A DNA stretch of 37,017 nucleotides from a virus (Duplodnaviria > Caudoviricetes): the IMG/VR virus record IMGVR_UViG_3300028585_000505, positions 1-37,017 of that record; one strand, written 5' to 3'. The position numbers and the translations under genes were made by a program. Shown here in pieces: positions 1 through 9,769 of the stretch. The notes beneath the pieces are model-generated. The model searched no databases, was not told the origin of the DNA, and worked only from the letters and a program-made list of their open reading frames with translations. Position 1 is the stretch's first letter. Each line of letters begins with the position of its first letter.

Positions 1-141
1 CGGAACGTCCGGCGCGCCGGCGGCGTTAAGGTGGAACATCGCCGGCACCGCGTTCAGCAGGATCGATGCGTTCTTCGGGTTGACGATCCGGACCGCGGCG
101 GCCTGCAGGATGGCGTCACGGTCGTTCAGCACTTCGCTCAT
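1..141 (-). CDS. N-terminus of the next tail gene, truncated by the window (MSEVLNDRDAILQAAAVRIVNP...)
   Basis: ATG overlaps the stop of 138..1613 (ATGA coupling); frame is open to the window edge. Confidence 0.7.
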   Translation of the reverse strand, partial: MSEVLNDRDAILQAAAVRIVNPKNASILLNAVPAMFHLNAAGAPDVP

Positions 142-1613
142 ACGAGAAACCCTACCTTGACGCGCCCGGTGTTCCAGTCGGGCGCCAATGAAATAACGAT
201 GCCTGCAACGCCATCGACCATGCCGAAGCGCGGGCTGTAGACGATGACCGCCTGGCCCAACTCGAGCTGCAGCAGTTCCGGCACGCCTTCGAACTCGTAG
301 GTCGTGCGCGGCATGTTCCACAGGTCGAGCCGGCGCTGCGCCTCGACGTCGGCGTCGGCGCGGGTGATCAGCATGGTGTCGATCTGCACCGGCTCGGAGT
401 TGAGCCGGTAGGTGGCCAGCGTCGCCGCGTCGGTCCTGGTGGTGGTCAACCACTCTTCCACGAAGAGCGCCTTGTGCACCTCGGGCAGGTTGGCCAGCGT
501 GCCGGCGTCCTGCGCGGTCCAGCTTTTCGCGAAGCCGAGCTTCACCGCGCCGAGCACATCGGTGCGCCCGGTGGGGTCCAGTTCGCTCACCATGTGCTCG
601 GGCCGGATCACCGCCGGAGCGCCAGTTCCCGGCAGAGCGACCTGGATCAACCGCGCGACGCCCAGGCGCGACATCACGAGCTGAGCACCCAGGCTGCCGA
701 GTAGGGCCTGGCATACCACCAGCACGTTTTGCCGATCGGTCGAATGCAGTCCCATCGGCTGCGGGTGCGCGGCGTCGAATGCCGCGAAGTTCGGCAGGTC
801 GATGTCGGCATCGGTGAGCCGGTCCGCCGGTTTGCCATAGCCTGTCGCCAGCCGCTTGACCAGCTGCGCCGCGGTGTCGACGTAGCCGCCGGCGGCATGG
901 CCGCGCACCGATGCGGTCACCACGCCAGCCGGCGCGGCGCTCAGCTGGAAGGTGCCGGCCGCCAGATCGGCGGTGAACGCCACCGGTGCGCCGTTGTCAC
1001 GGACCTCGATGATCTGGGCGATCGGCCCGGCGTGCACCTGGTACTTGAGGATCGCGGCGTTCGCCAGCAGCGGCGACACGTTGAACACCTGGCCCAGCGC
1101 GATCGGCAGCAGCGAATCCCGCTGCTCCCCCTGCCCGCCCAGCTTCGCTTCGCTGATCGCCGTGTTCAGGCGCTGCAGCTTGTCGCGCAGCTTGAGCACC
1201 AGCGCCTGGCGTCCGCGCGGCGCGATATCGGCGATGATCCCATTGAAGATCATCTGGAAATCGGCGCGCGGCCACCGCAGGTCACCGATGTAGGCACGGA
1301 TCGGACGATTCGCCCAGACGTAACCGGGCGCCGCCCAATCATCGCGCGCGCCGCCGACGTTCTCGATTTCAAGATCGCCCTCGGACAGCGAGCCATCACC
1401 CTCGAGCGACAGCCGTTCGGTGAACAGCGTGCCGACAGTGGCGATGGGAAGGTACTGCGTGTTGGCCGGGATGTCGGCCGGCGACGTGGTGTAGGGCTTG
1501 GTCGCCATGTAGACCATGGTTTCCACGCCATTCACCAGCGCCGCCGCCTCGATCAGGACGACACGATACGCGGCCGAGCTTTGCAGCCAGGCCAGGAACT
1601 GGGCATCAGTCAT
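138..1613 (-). CDS. Putative tail-tip/hub protein, 491 aa
   Basis: Coupled to the tape measure stop; C-terminal ELLQLELGQAVIVYSPRFG resembles tail hub C-termini; position. Confidence 0.65.
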   Translation of the reverse strand: MTDAQFLAWLQSSAAYRVVLIEAAALVNGVETMVYMATKPYTTSPADIPANTQYLPIATVGTLFTERLSLEGDGSLSEGDLEIENVGGARDDWAAPGYVWANRPIRAYIGDLRWPRADFQMIFNGIIADIAPRGRQALVLKLRDKLQRLNTAISEAKLGGQGEQRDSLLPIALGQVFNVSPLLANAAILKYQVHAGPIAQIIEVRDNGAPVAFTADLAAGTFQLSAAPAGVVTASVRGHAAGGYVDTAAQLVKRLATGYGKPADRLTDADIDLPNFAAFDAAHPQPMGLHSTDRQNVLVVCQALLGSLGAQLVMSRLGVARLIQVALPGTGAPAVIRPEHMVSELDPTGRTDVLGAVKLGFAKSWTAQDAGTLANLPEVHKALFVEEWLTTTRTDAATLATYRLNSEPVQIDTMLITRADADVEAQRRLDLWNMPRTTYEFEGVPELLQLELGQAVIVYSPRFGMVDGVAGIVISLAPDWNTGRVKVGFLV

Positions 1614-4600
1614 GCAGGTGCAACCCTTTTCTCAACGTAGACAGAGGACTTCACCGCGGTGGTGGTGGCCTCCGCGATGACTTCGGCAGATTCGCTGGTG
1701 GCGCGCGCCTGCGCCTCGATCATGTGTGCAGTCTGGACGCCCTGCTCCGCACGCAGCGTCGACACTTCCTGGCGCAGCGCCCTGATCTCGGCGACGAGCG
1801 CAGTGGTGTTGTCCGCCCCATAGCTGGCGTACATCACCGGCGTCGGCATGGAAATCACCGGCGCCGCCGACGCCAGATCCGGAGGCGTCTTGCCCTCCGC
1901 CAGGTACAGCTGCGCGATCGCATCCCGCACCGACAGCACCGACTTGTTGATGTCGATCAGCCCGGACACCGACAGCTTCAGCGCGTCCAGCTGCGCCTTG
2001 GCCACGTCGACCTGTTGCGAGGCCCAGCGCTCGGCTTCCGCCGTCGAGGCCTGCGCATAGTCGAAGTCGCTCTGGTATTGGCCACTGCTGGCGAAGACAG
2101 CCCGGCTCGCCGTCAGGAACGAGTTGAAGGCAGCCTGATAGTTCGATTGCGCATCTGCATCGCCGCCGCGCGCAGCCGCCAGCACCGCCTCGTACTGCGC
2201 CTTCGCCTCAACGTATTTCTGCTGCGGCGACAGTGGCGACAGGCCTCCCAAAAGCGCACTCTCGCGAATGTTCTTCAGGCTCGATGCGAACGACGTGAGC
2301 CGGTCGATCGTCGAACTGATCGCGTCGTTCTCGGCGTTGTAGGCGTCGGCCAGGGCCGTTTTCGCATCCGCGATCGACTTCGTGCCGTCTTCGATTTCCG
2401 GGTAGAGCTGCGCAAACGCTTCCTGCAGATTCATCAGCGTGCTGTACTGCGCGCGCTGAGCAGCATTGGTCAGGTCCAGGCCCAACACGTACTGCTTGAA
2501 CGAATCACGCGAGCGCAGGTCTGACTTGCCCATCAGGGCCAACTGCTCGGTCACGTACTTTTGCACCGGCGCCAGGCGCTCCGCCTCGGTCAAGAAGTTT
2601 TCGGCGAAGGACGACGTCTTGCTAGCCAACTCATCGATCCCGCCAACCATCGTCAGCAGGTCTTCCCGCGCAGCGATACTGGCAATGCCGGTGGCGCCAA
2701 ACGTTTTGCCGAGGCTGCCCAGCACCGCATCGAGGCTGGCGTAATTTGTCGCCACGCGTGCCAGCGTTTCCAGCGCGCCCTCGCCTACCTTCTGAAACTG
2801 GGTGATGCCGGCCACGCTGAAGCTTGCCAGGTCGTCACCGACCTTCGAGAAGACGGCAGACAACTCCTCCTGGATCTGCTCGCCGGTCTTGCCCTTCAGG
2901 CTGATCTTGCCGATGTCGACAACGAAGCTGTTCAGCTGCGTCGAGAAGGCGTCACCACTGATCCCGAGCAACTTGCCAGCCTCGAACACCGTGTCGTACA
3001 GCGACGTCAGAATGGTGCTGATTTGGCGATTGCCTTCGGTGCCGATTCCTTCCAGCTGCGTGCGGCGCTTATCGCTGCTGAACCAGCCGCCGTCCTTTTT
3101 AATGTCTGCGTATTGCGACGCCGCCACACCTCCGGTGAGGATGCTGCCGAAGTTGGCGCGTCCCATCGTGAAGCCGGTGTCTTCGACGGTTTGCTTGCCG
3201 CCGAACACCGAATTCAGCACAGAGCCGGTGATCTTGCCGACCCAGCCGCCGGTGAGCTTGTCGAGGGCCAGCCCGACAATGCCGCCAGTGGCCAGCACAC
3301 CCAAGGTCGACCGTCCGAAGGCATCGGCACTGCCCCGCGTGGCCATGTTGCTGCCGAACTCACCGGTCACGCCAGTGGTGCGCACCAGCAGCGAGGCGAA
3401 TTGCCCGATCCCAGCCTCGATGTTGCGCAGCGAGGTCAGCATGCCGTTGCTGATGTTCAAACTCTTCGAAGTCGCACTCTCGATCGCGGACAGGGCATTT
3501 GCAATCGAATCCGATTTTTCATCGGACCCCAGCACTGACCCAGTACCCTGCGCTTTCTGGCGCGACTCTGAAAGGCTGATGCCGCCACCACCGATACCAC
3601 CAAACATCTTGGCGCCGATCGCGACGACGGCCGCCAGCGTGGCGGCACCGGCCGCCAGGTTCAGCGGGAACGGCAGCGATGCGATTGCCTTGACCACGGC
3701 GGTAATGCCCCAGGCGCTGGCTTCGGTTGCTGCCAAGCCCGTCGATGCTGCACTTGCTGCTGCCTCGCCAGTCAGCTTGGTCGCATTGAGCGCAGTATTG
3801 GTCGTCACCTCGGCCTGCTTGAAGAAGATCTTCTTCGTCATCGCCTGCAGCGCCATGGCGAGCTCGGCCGCGCGGTACGCCCTCTCCGCGCCGGACAGGA
3901 CGTTATAGCCCTTGCTGCCCTCGGAGAAGAAGCCCTTCGCCGCCGCTGCCATGTCGCCGTATCCGCTCAGCCGACTCTTGACCTCTTTGGCGGTGATTGC
4001 CGCCGACGCGTCGGCGTAGCCCTTGGCGTCGGTCGCATATTTGACCGATGCGTCCTTCCGGGCTTTGTCGATCTCGGCCTGGCGAATGCCGTAGGCATCC
4101 AGCGAGGTGACCAGCTGCGTCATCGAATCGCCGGCGGCGCCGAACGCGCCCTTCAGCGCTTCGCCGAAGGTCTGTGCGCGCGCCGGGTCGAGGAACTGGT
4201 TCAGCTCGTCCAGCGCTTTTTTGTTGGTGTCGAAGGTGAGCTGCTTTGCTGCGCCCTCTCGCACCGCCTGCGCTCGCGCACGAAGCGCCTCCGCTTCCGC
4301 GCGGTACTGCTCAGCCATCTGGCCGGTGATGTCCATGCCCTCGGCAGCCCAGACCTTCTCTTCAGCACGGAGAGCCAGGCTCTCCAGGCGGGTGGCGTTG
4401 AGTTCGGCCAGCGCCAGGCTGCCCAGCCCGATCTGCTCGTTCTCGGCGCGCTGGGCCTGCAGGTCGCCATGCGCTTTGGTTTTCGCGTTGGCGGCAACGT
4501 CGAATGCTTTCGCGTAATCCTCTGCCGCTGCCAGCATCGATTTCCGGTCGGCGATTTCCTGCTCCGCTGCGGCCTTGATGCCGGGCTGGTTCGCCAAAAG

Positions 4601-6334
4601 ATCAGCCTGCTGCTTCGTCAGCTGCTCAAGAGAGATTGCCCCCTTCCCATACAGGTCGCTCAGCATCTTCCAGTCAGCGGCGAAAGTGCTCGTCAACCCG
4701 GAAATCTCAGCCAGGGCGGCCGCTTCCGCGCGCATTGCGTCCTCACGCTTCTTGGCTGCAGCATCCCAGTCGCCCTGCAGTGCGGTTTTGCGCGCTGCAG
4801 CAATCCGTTCAATGATTTCCTTTTCACTGACGCCAGCGGCCACGCCTTCATTGCGAATCCGAATTTCCTCGCGCTTTAGCCGGATGCCTTTTTCAAGGTA
4901 TTTATCGCTCTGGTTGTCCCATTTGATGCGCGCCTCCGCCGCCTGCGCCGCATCGGCCTCCGCTTTGGCAGCGGCCCTTTTTGCATCACCGCTGGCCCTT
5001 ACAGCCGTGATTTCGTCGTCGATCCTTTTCAGTGCAGCGCGCTGGACTCGCTCGCCATACTTATCCTTGCGATCGATAGCGTCGGCAATATTCTTTTCAA
5101 TGCTCTCGCGGTCATCCAGCAAGCCATTGATCTTCTGGAAGTCCGTAGCGGCGCGGCCTACGCCAGGAATCGAGTCCATGGCCTCCGATGTCCACCGCTT
5201 GATGCGCATCCAGCCGCGCTCCCAGTCGGACAGGGTGTCAATCACCTTATACCGCTGTTTTTCCATCCCATCGGCGTAGGCAAGCTGGGCAGCAGTAGCC
5301 GCTTCAGCGGCGCGGCCTTGGTCTTCAAGCGCCTTGACCTGCGCATACACCTCGGCTGTCAAAAAGTGGTATTTATCGTTCAGGCTCGACAGGGTCGCAA
5401 GCGGTGACGAGCCCAGTGCATCGAACGCAGACACGGTGTCTTCAATCGAGCGCCCAAGTACCCGCTGCCCCTCGGTCGCAATGACCGCGAAGCGCTGCAT
5501 GTTCTCGGCTGAGACCTGGTTTGCGCCGGCTAGCGCTCTCACTGCGGCACCAGCGTCTTTTTGCGAGCCTGAGAGTTCCGCCGTCTGACGAGCGGCCTCG
5601 GCCATTTGGTCAGTGGTAGCGCCAATGGCATTGCCTGACTCTGCAAGCGCTCGCGCGTAATCGTCAGCCTCGCTTGAGCCTGACTTGAAAGCGACGGCTA
5701 GGCCGGCAGTCGCTGCTGCGACCAGCGTCAAGGGCGTGATCAAGCGCGCCAGGTATTGACCGATACCCTGGAATGCCTGCTGAATCCCCCCGAAAGCATC
5801 GACCACCTGACCGCCTTGCTGGACCAGGATCGTCATCGGGTCCATACCGCCTTGCAGCGAAGTCACTACGTCCGTGATTTGCGCCGGCAACTGCTGGAGC
5901 GCCGCGCGGGTTTGCCCTGCGCTAATGCCTAGGTCATCCAAGCCGGCAGCGCCGCCTAACGCAGACGTGCGTGCGCGAGCCTGCGCCAACTCGACCGCGC
6001 GCAGTTGCGCCAGATATGGCTCCAGCACCTGCGTATCGACGCCGCGCTGCTGCGCCAGGGTCTCGTAGTATTTCGAGCTCGAGCGCGATCCCGCTTCCAT
6101 CTGCGCGGTGGTGCGTTGGATGGCCCCCACCAAGTTACGCTGGGCCGCCTCAACCTTTGCCGATGCGGCGCCGGCGCCACTGCCGATTTCATTGACAGCC
6201 CGCTCCGCTTGCTGGCCGGCGCGCGTGACGGTCCCGGCCATTTGGCCGGCCTGCTGCCCGATTTCATCGAAGCCCGCGCGGGCGCCGGAAGTGTCGACCT
6301 CGGTGACAAGTTGAATGCGGCGCTCTTCAGTCAT
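1610..6334 (-). CDS. Tail tape measure protein, about 1574 aa
   Basis: Very long Ala/Gln-rich helical ORF; lambda-type motif QLPAQITDVVTSLQGGMDPMTILVQQGGQ; start set at MTEERRIQ behind GAGGT. Confidence 0.93.
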   Translation of the reverse strand: MTEERRIQLVTEVDTSGARAGFDEIGQQAGQMAGTVTRAGQQAERAVNEIGSGAGAASAKVEAAQRNLVGAIQRTTAQMEAGSRSSSKYYETLAQQRGVDTQVLEPYLAQLRAVELAQARARTSALGGAAGLDDLGISAGQTRAALQQLPAQITDVVTSLQGGMDPMTILVQQGGQVVDAFGGIQQAFQGIGQYLARLITPLTLVAAATAGLAVAFKSGSSEADDYARALAESGNAIGATTDQMAEAARQTAELSGSQKDAGAAVRALAGANQVSAENMQRFAVIATEGQRVLGRSIEDTVSAFDALGSSPLATLSSLNDKYHFLTAEVYAQVKALEDQGRAAEAATAAQLAYADGMEKQRYKVIDTLSDWERGWMRIKRWTSEAMDSIPGVGRAATDFQKINGLLDDRESIEKNIADAIDRKDKYGERVQRAALKRIDDEITAVRASGDAKRAAAKAEADAAQAAEARIKWDNQSDKYLEKGIRLKREEIRIRNEGVAAGVSEKEIIERIAAARKTALQGDWDAAAKKREDAMRAEAAALAEISGLTSTFAADWKMLSDLYGKGAISLEQLTKQQADLLANQPGIKAAAEQEIADRKSMLAAAEDYAKAFDVAANAKTKAHGDLQAQRAENEQIGLGSLALAELNATRLESLALRAEEKVWAAEGMDITGQMAEQYRAEAEALRARAQAVREGAAKQLTFDTNKKALDELNQFLDPARAQTFGEALKGAFGAAGDSMTQLVTSLDAYGIRQAEIDKARKDASVKYATDAKGYADASAAITAKEVKSRLSGYGDMAAAAKGFFSEGSKGYNVLSGAERAYRAAELAMALQAMTKKIFFKQAEVTTNTALNATKLTGEAAASAASTGLAATEASAWGITAVVKAIASLPFPLNLAAGAATLAAVVAIGAKMFGGIGGGGISLSESRQKAQGTGSVLGSDEKSDSIANALSAIESATSKSLNISNGMLTSLRNIEAGIGQFASLLVRTTGVTGEFGSNMATRGSADAFGRSTLGVLATGGIVGLALDKLTGGWVGKITGSVLNSVFGGKQTVEDTGFTMGRANFGSILTGGVAASQYADIKKDGGWFSSDKRRTQLEGIGTEGNRQISTILTSLYDTVFEAGKLLGISGDAFSTQLNSFVVDIGKISLKGKTGEQIQEELSAVFSKVGDDLASFSVAGITQFQKVGEGALETLARVATNYASLDAVLGSLGKTFGATGIASIAAREDLLTMVGGIDELASKTSSFAENFLTEAERLAPVQKYVTEQLALMGKSDLRSRDSFKQYVLGLDLTNAAQRAQYSTLMNLQEAFAQLYPEIEDGTKSIADAKTALADAYNAENDAISSTIDRLTSFASSLKNIRESALLGGLSPLSPQQKYVEAKAQYEAVLAAARGGDADAQSNYQAAFNSFLTASRAVFASSGQYQSDFDYAQASTAEAERWASQQVDVAKAQLDALKLSVSGLIDINKSVLSVRDAIAQLYLAEGKTPPDLASAAPVISMPTPVMYASYGADNTTALVAEIRALRQEVSTLRAEQGVQTAHMIEAQARATSESAEVIAEATTTAVKSSVYVEKRVAPA

Positions 6335-6341
6335 CGTTACC

Positions 6342-6647
6342 TCAGTCGTTTTTCGTGTGCATGGCCGCAAGGGCCGCGTATTCCATGGCGCGGAGGTCAT
6401 CCTCCAAGTCGAGGTATTCTTCGGCCGTCAGATCCATGCGATCCATCTTGTGGAACAGGGTGTTGTAGTCGAGGCCGATTACCCCCATGGCGCCGGCGCG
6501 CCATTGCGTTTGAAGAGCGCTGAATAAAGCGTGCGCGGCCACGTTTTCGGGCCAGACCTCGACCTCTTCTTCGGGAAAGTCTTCCTCGGTCAGCCCCGCC
6601 GTCTCCATTTCGGCCAGGTCTTTTTCACTCAGACCTGGCTTGAACAT
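6342..6647 (-). CDS. Tail assembly chaperone, T part (DUF1799-like), probably made as a G-T frameshift fusion
   Basis: VWPEN..LF..LQTQWR.G..G.IGLDY motif; lies just before the tape measure gene; in the -1 frame of the upstream slippery site. Confidence 0.8.
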   Translation of the reverse strand: MFKPGLSEKDLAEMETAGLTEEDFPEEEVEVWPENVAAHALFSALQTQWRAGAMGVIGLDYNTLFHKMDRMDLTAEEYLDLEDDLRAMEYAALAAMHTKND

Positions 6648-6664
6648 GGCGCCGGCGACGGCCC

Positions 6665-7096
6665 TTAGTTTCCCAGGCGGCCTTCGGTGATCGCTTCGCG
6701 GTAATCGCTCAGGATCTGCGCAACGGCGGCCGGCAGTTCGTCGACCAGCTGCTCGACGGCCTCGCGGTCGAACGAGATATCCAGATTCCAGCCCTTGACC
6801 GACTTCATGATGGATTCGACGGTGATCTGCACTTGGTGCGCGACCAGGTCAGCCTGGCGGAATTCCGGGAGAGCTTCGCCGGCGGCGGCAGCCGCCTTGA
6901 AGCGCGCCGCCTCGGCATCGGCCTTCGCCTGGCTGGCGGCTTGGATTTCGTCCGCAAATTTCGCGTATTCGGTGCGAGTGCGGTACGCGTATTCGATCTC
7001 GATGCAGCCTTTGCTACCGTCGAGCATTGCGAACGAGACGTCTTTCTTGAACGAAGTAGGACGCTTGCCGAGAACGATTTTGGATGCTTTTGCCAT
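6665..7096 (-). CDS. Tail assembly chaperone G, 143 aa
   Basis: VKGWNLD..F..E.VEQL motif; ends EGRLGN; follows tail tube; start set at MAKASKIV. Confidence 0.85.
   Translation of the reverse strand: MAKASKIVLGKRPTSFKKDVSFAMLDGSKGCIEIEYAYRTRTEYAKFADEIQAASQAKADAEAARFKAAAAAGEALPEFRQADLVAHQVQITVESIMKSVKGWNLDISFDREAVEQLVDELPAAVAQILSDYREAITEGRLGN
6668..6674 (-). other. -1 programmed ribosomal frameshift heptamer G GGA AAC
   Basis: X XXY YYZ pattern directly before TAA; -1 frame reads GGG AAA CTA AGG GCC GTC GCC GGC GCC ATG TTC, in frame with the T ORF. Confidence 0.85.
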
Positions 7097-7123
7097 GATT
7101 TTGTCTTTCGATTGGGAGGTAAT

Positions 7124-7186
7124 AAAAAAGACCGCGAGGCGCGACCCCGCGGCGGAAAAGGCCGATGCCGGCATTCCGGCATCGGC
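7124..7186 (-). terminator. Two tandem hairpins with T-runs after the tail tube gene
   Basis: GCCGATGCCGG-AATG-CCGGCATCGGC-CTTTT, then CCGCGGGG-TCGCG-CCTCGCGG-TCTTTTTT. Confidence 0.7.
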
Positions 7187-7197
7187 TGGCAACTCGT

Positions 7198-7830
7198 TTA
7201 GTAGCGGACGACCTTGTTTTGCAGCGAGAAGGTGGCCTTCACGGCCATCACGCTGCCCTTGGCCAGCGAAGGGCTTTCCGAGAAGCTGCAATAGCCGGCG
7301 TACAGCAGCACGGCGCCGCCCGGCAGCGTGCCGCGCAGGCAGGTCAGCTTCACGCCATCCGACAGCGCCTTGAGCGCGGCGTGGTGGGCGGCGCCCTTCT
7401 CGTCCGCGATCGTCAGGGCGACGGTGGTGGCGGTGAAGCCGTCCGGCAGGTTGACCGGCATGTCCGTGTCGAGCAGCGGCACTTCGACGAACTTGCCGTC
7501 GCCGCCGGTGACCTCAGCTGCAGTGATGCCGGTGACCGGCACCCAGGTCGCGACCTTGCGCACACTGCCCACGCCCGTGCCGGCCGGGTACAGGGTCACG
7601 TCGGTGGTGTCCAGGCCCTCGAGCGTGAACGTGGTGCCGGTTGCAGCTTTCAGGCGGAACACGCGGCCGTTGGCCTTGCTCCAGCCGCCGTAATATTCGA
7701 CGTAATCACCGGCGGCGAAGCCGTTCGCTGCCGAGGCGACCGCCTCGGTCGCATTGGTGATCGCGGTGATCGCGACGGCGGCGGCGAATGCGCTCGCAAC
7801 AGCGAACGCGATGTTGTTTGGAAGTTGCAT
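7198..7830 (-). CDS. Major tail tube protein
   Basis: 210 aa; AITAITNATEAVASA..GF..GDYV..GW N-terminus typical of this tube family; position. Confidence 0.85.
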   Translation of the reverse strand: MQLPNNIAFAVASAFAAAVAITAITNATEAVASAANGFAAGDYVEYYGGWSKANGRVFRLKAATGTTFTLEGLDTTDVTLYPAGTGVGSVRKVATWVPVTGITAAEVTGGDGKFVEVPLLDTDMPVNLPDGFTATTVALTIADEKGAAHHAALKALSDGVKLTCLRGTLPGGAVLLYAGYCSFSESPSLAKGSVMAVKATFSLQNKVVRY

Positions 7831-7866
7831 TTGTGGGCCTTTCAGGTAAAGCCCGGTGGCCGGGCA

Positions 7867-7899
7867 AAGAAAAAGCCGCCCGGATTTCTCGGGCGGCTT
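7867..7899 (-). terminator. Intrinsic terminator-like hairpin
   Basis: AAGCCGCCCG-AGAAATC-CGGGCGGCTT-TTTCTTT. Confidence 0.7.
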
Positions 7900-7916
7900 G
7901 AATTGGTTGGGGCGAT

Positions 7917-8270
7917 CTATCGATCAGACCAGATGCTGAAGTCTTGACGGGCGCCGTAGCGTTCCATGTCGTAGTCAAAATCCGCTACGCATGCGCTGAC
8001 CGGGCTCGCCTGGATGGTGGTGGCCTCGATGATGGCAACCTCGATTTGCATCATCAAGGTCTTCGCTTCCAGCCGGGATTTCGCCCAAATGTTGACCTGG
8101 ACTTCCGCGTTTTCCAGGCTCGGGACCAATCCATCGAGGAAGTCCGGCGCCTGGCCACCCACCTGCTGGAATGTGACGTAGGGCAGCTCGGTGTTGACCG
8201 GCGCAAAGTCCGGCTTCACGCGCGCACAGATCGGCTTGATCAACGCGACCAGCTTTTCTTCCAGCATCAT
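7917..8270 (-). CDS. Tail terminator/completion protein (DUF3168-like)
   Basis: LPYVTFQQVGG and VQVNIWAKSRLEA motifs; position. Confidence 0.85.
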   Translation of the reverse strand: MMLEEKLVALIKPICARVKPDFAPVNTELPYVTFQQVGGQAPDFLDGLVPSLENAEVQVNIWAKSRLEAKTLMMQIEVAIIEATTIQASPVSACVADFDYDMERYGARQDFSIWSDR

Positions 8271-8782
8271 TGGAAATCCTTCAAGATTTCAGCCACCGCC
8301 GCGGCGATGGCCTCTTGTTCTTTGACCGCCGCCCGGCGCATAAACGGGTTTGCAGCGATCTGTTTTGGCGCAGGCAGCGTGACGTAATAAGCATCCTTTT
8401 CAGCCTGCGGCGCCCGGCGTTTGGGCTTGGGCTTTCCGCGCATTTCCGGCCGCACTGCGGTGTACCAGTTGCCATCCTTGCCGACGTAGGACACGTACCG
8501 CTGAATGTGGCCCCACTCGACCAGGTGGCCGTGCGGCGCTTTGCGCGGATTCCAGCTGACGTGGTACGTCGCGCGCCCGGGCGCACTCTTGCGCTCGGAA
8601 TATGCCTGGTAGATGCTGCTGATCAGGTTGCCCGACACGCGCCGAATTGCCATGGCGTTGCGCCGCGCCTCGATGTAGAGCACCTGTGCAGCAGCCTGCG
8701 CCGCCGGCCGCGCCGCGCGCTCAAGCGCGTTAGCATCGTGCTCGAGCTGAAGATTCAGCGAGTCCAAGTCAACGCGGATCAC
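8267..8782 (-). CDS. HK97 gp10-family tail component
   Basis: SGNLISSI, APHGHLVEWGH and ANPFMRRA motifs. Confidence 0.85.
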   Translation of the reverse strand: MIRVDLDSLNLQLEHDANALERAARPAAQAAAQVLYIEARRNAMAIRRVSGNLISSIYQAYSERKSAPGRATYHVSWNPRKAPHGHLVEWGHIQRYVSYVGKDGNWYTAVRPEMRGKPKPKRRAPQAEKDAYYVTLPAPKQIAANPFMRRAAVKEQEAIAAAVAEILKDFQ

Positions 8783-9084
8783 TTCGAACCCTCGCAGACC
8801 AGGAACATAAATCGCGGGTCACGATCGTCAGGCAATGCCGACTCGATGTTGTAGACCTTGCCCTTGTACTGCACGCGCGCGGCGGTGTCGATGTCCGTAC
8901 GCCGGCGAATGCGGATCGAGCACTTGACGACCGAGACCTGCGCGCCGGCGCGTATCAGTTCGGCGCCGCTCGGAAAGCGGACGTGCGCCCACACGGTCGC
9001 GATGTCAGGCCAGACATCAATATCCTGCCCGAGCGTGTCTTCGCCGACTTCGCGGCGCTGCAGGGTGATTCGGTCGTTCATCAT
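8779..9084 (-). CDS. Head closure / head-tail adaptor (SPP1 gp16-like)
   Basis: RITLQ..D..GQ....W..IATVWA, IRIRRR.DI....RV.Y.GKVYNI. Confidence 0.9.
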   Translation of the reverse strand: MMNDRITLQRREVGEDTLGQDIDVWPDIATVWAHVRFPSGAELIRAGAQVSVVKCSIRIRRRTDIDTAARVQYKGKVYNIESALPDDRDPRFMFLVCEGSK

Positions 9085-9626
9085 GCGTACACCCGTGAGC
9101 GGTCCAGCAAGCAGTGCAGAAACTCGCTTTTCGGCGTGCCCGCCGGCGCGAAGTGCTCCGACACCTTGCCCAGGATGTAACCCTTGACCTCGGCCGGCAC
9201 CGCCGTGTCGTCGGCGCCGTACCCGCAGGTGTAGACCACCTCGACCGCGTTCACGCGCGCCTGAGTGGCCGGCCAGGCGCGGCCCGGCGCCGGCACCACA
9301 TAGCCCGGCTCGCTCTCGGCGTCCAGGATGTAGTCCTGCGGATCGAGCATTTGCTGCGCGCCGTCGGCGTCGTAGAACTTGATGTGCGTCACCGCCATGA
9401 TCGGCGGGTGCTCCAGCAGAATGGCGCCGGCGAAGCGGTCGAGCGTGAGCCGGTAGGTCTGCTGCACGAATGCGCGGCCGGTCAGGTGCTCGGCTTCGCC
9501 CGTGTGCTGGCCGATGACCTGGCGCAGCTCTATGTCCGCCTCTTCGCCGTCCAGCCGCGCCGACATGCGCGCAGCGTCGAGCGATACCGCAAGCGCCGCC
9601 GGCGGGGTGATCAGTTTCAGGCTCAT
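9081..9626 (-). CDS. Head-tail connector protein (gp6/phiE125 gp8-like)
   Basis: LITPP...AVSL..A, AEHLTGRAFVQQT, AVEVVYTCGYG, VPAEVK motifs. Confidence 0.88.
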   Translation of the reverse strand: MSLKLITPPAALAVSLDAARMSARLDGEEADIELRQVIGQHTGEAEHLTGRAFVQQTYRLTLDRFAGAILLEHPPIMAVTHIKFYDADGAQQMLDPQDYILDAESEPGYVVPAPGRAWPATQARVNAVEVVYTCGYGADDTAVPAEVKGYILGKVSEHFAPAGTPKSEFLHCLLDRSRVYA

Positions 9627-9769
9627 CGGGTCGTTCCTTGTATTGCTGGCGGGCGGCCGGCGCCAGGCGCGGCGCCGGTGGCGACCGGCGCGCGCACGTA
9701 CTCAGCGGCCTGCTGCTCTTGCTGCAGCAGCTCGCTCGGCACGCGCGGCATCTGCGATGCGTCGATCAT
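9623..9769 (-). CDS. Small hypothetical protein, 48 aa (MIDASQMPRVPSELLQQEQQ...)
   Basis: Translationally coupled at both ends (TGATG and ATGA overlaps); below the ORF track cutoff. Confidence 0.6.
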   Translation of the reverse strand: MIDASQMPRVPSELLQQEQQAAEYVRAPVATGAAPGAGRPPAIQGTTR

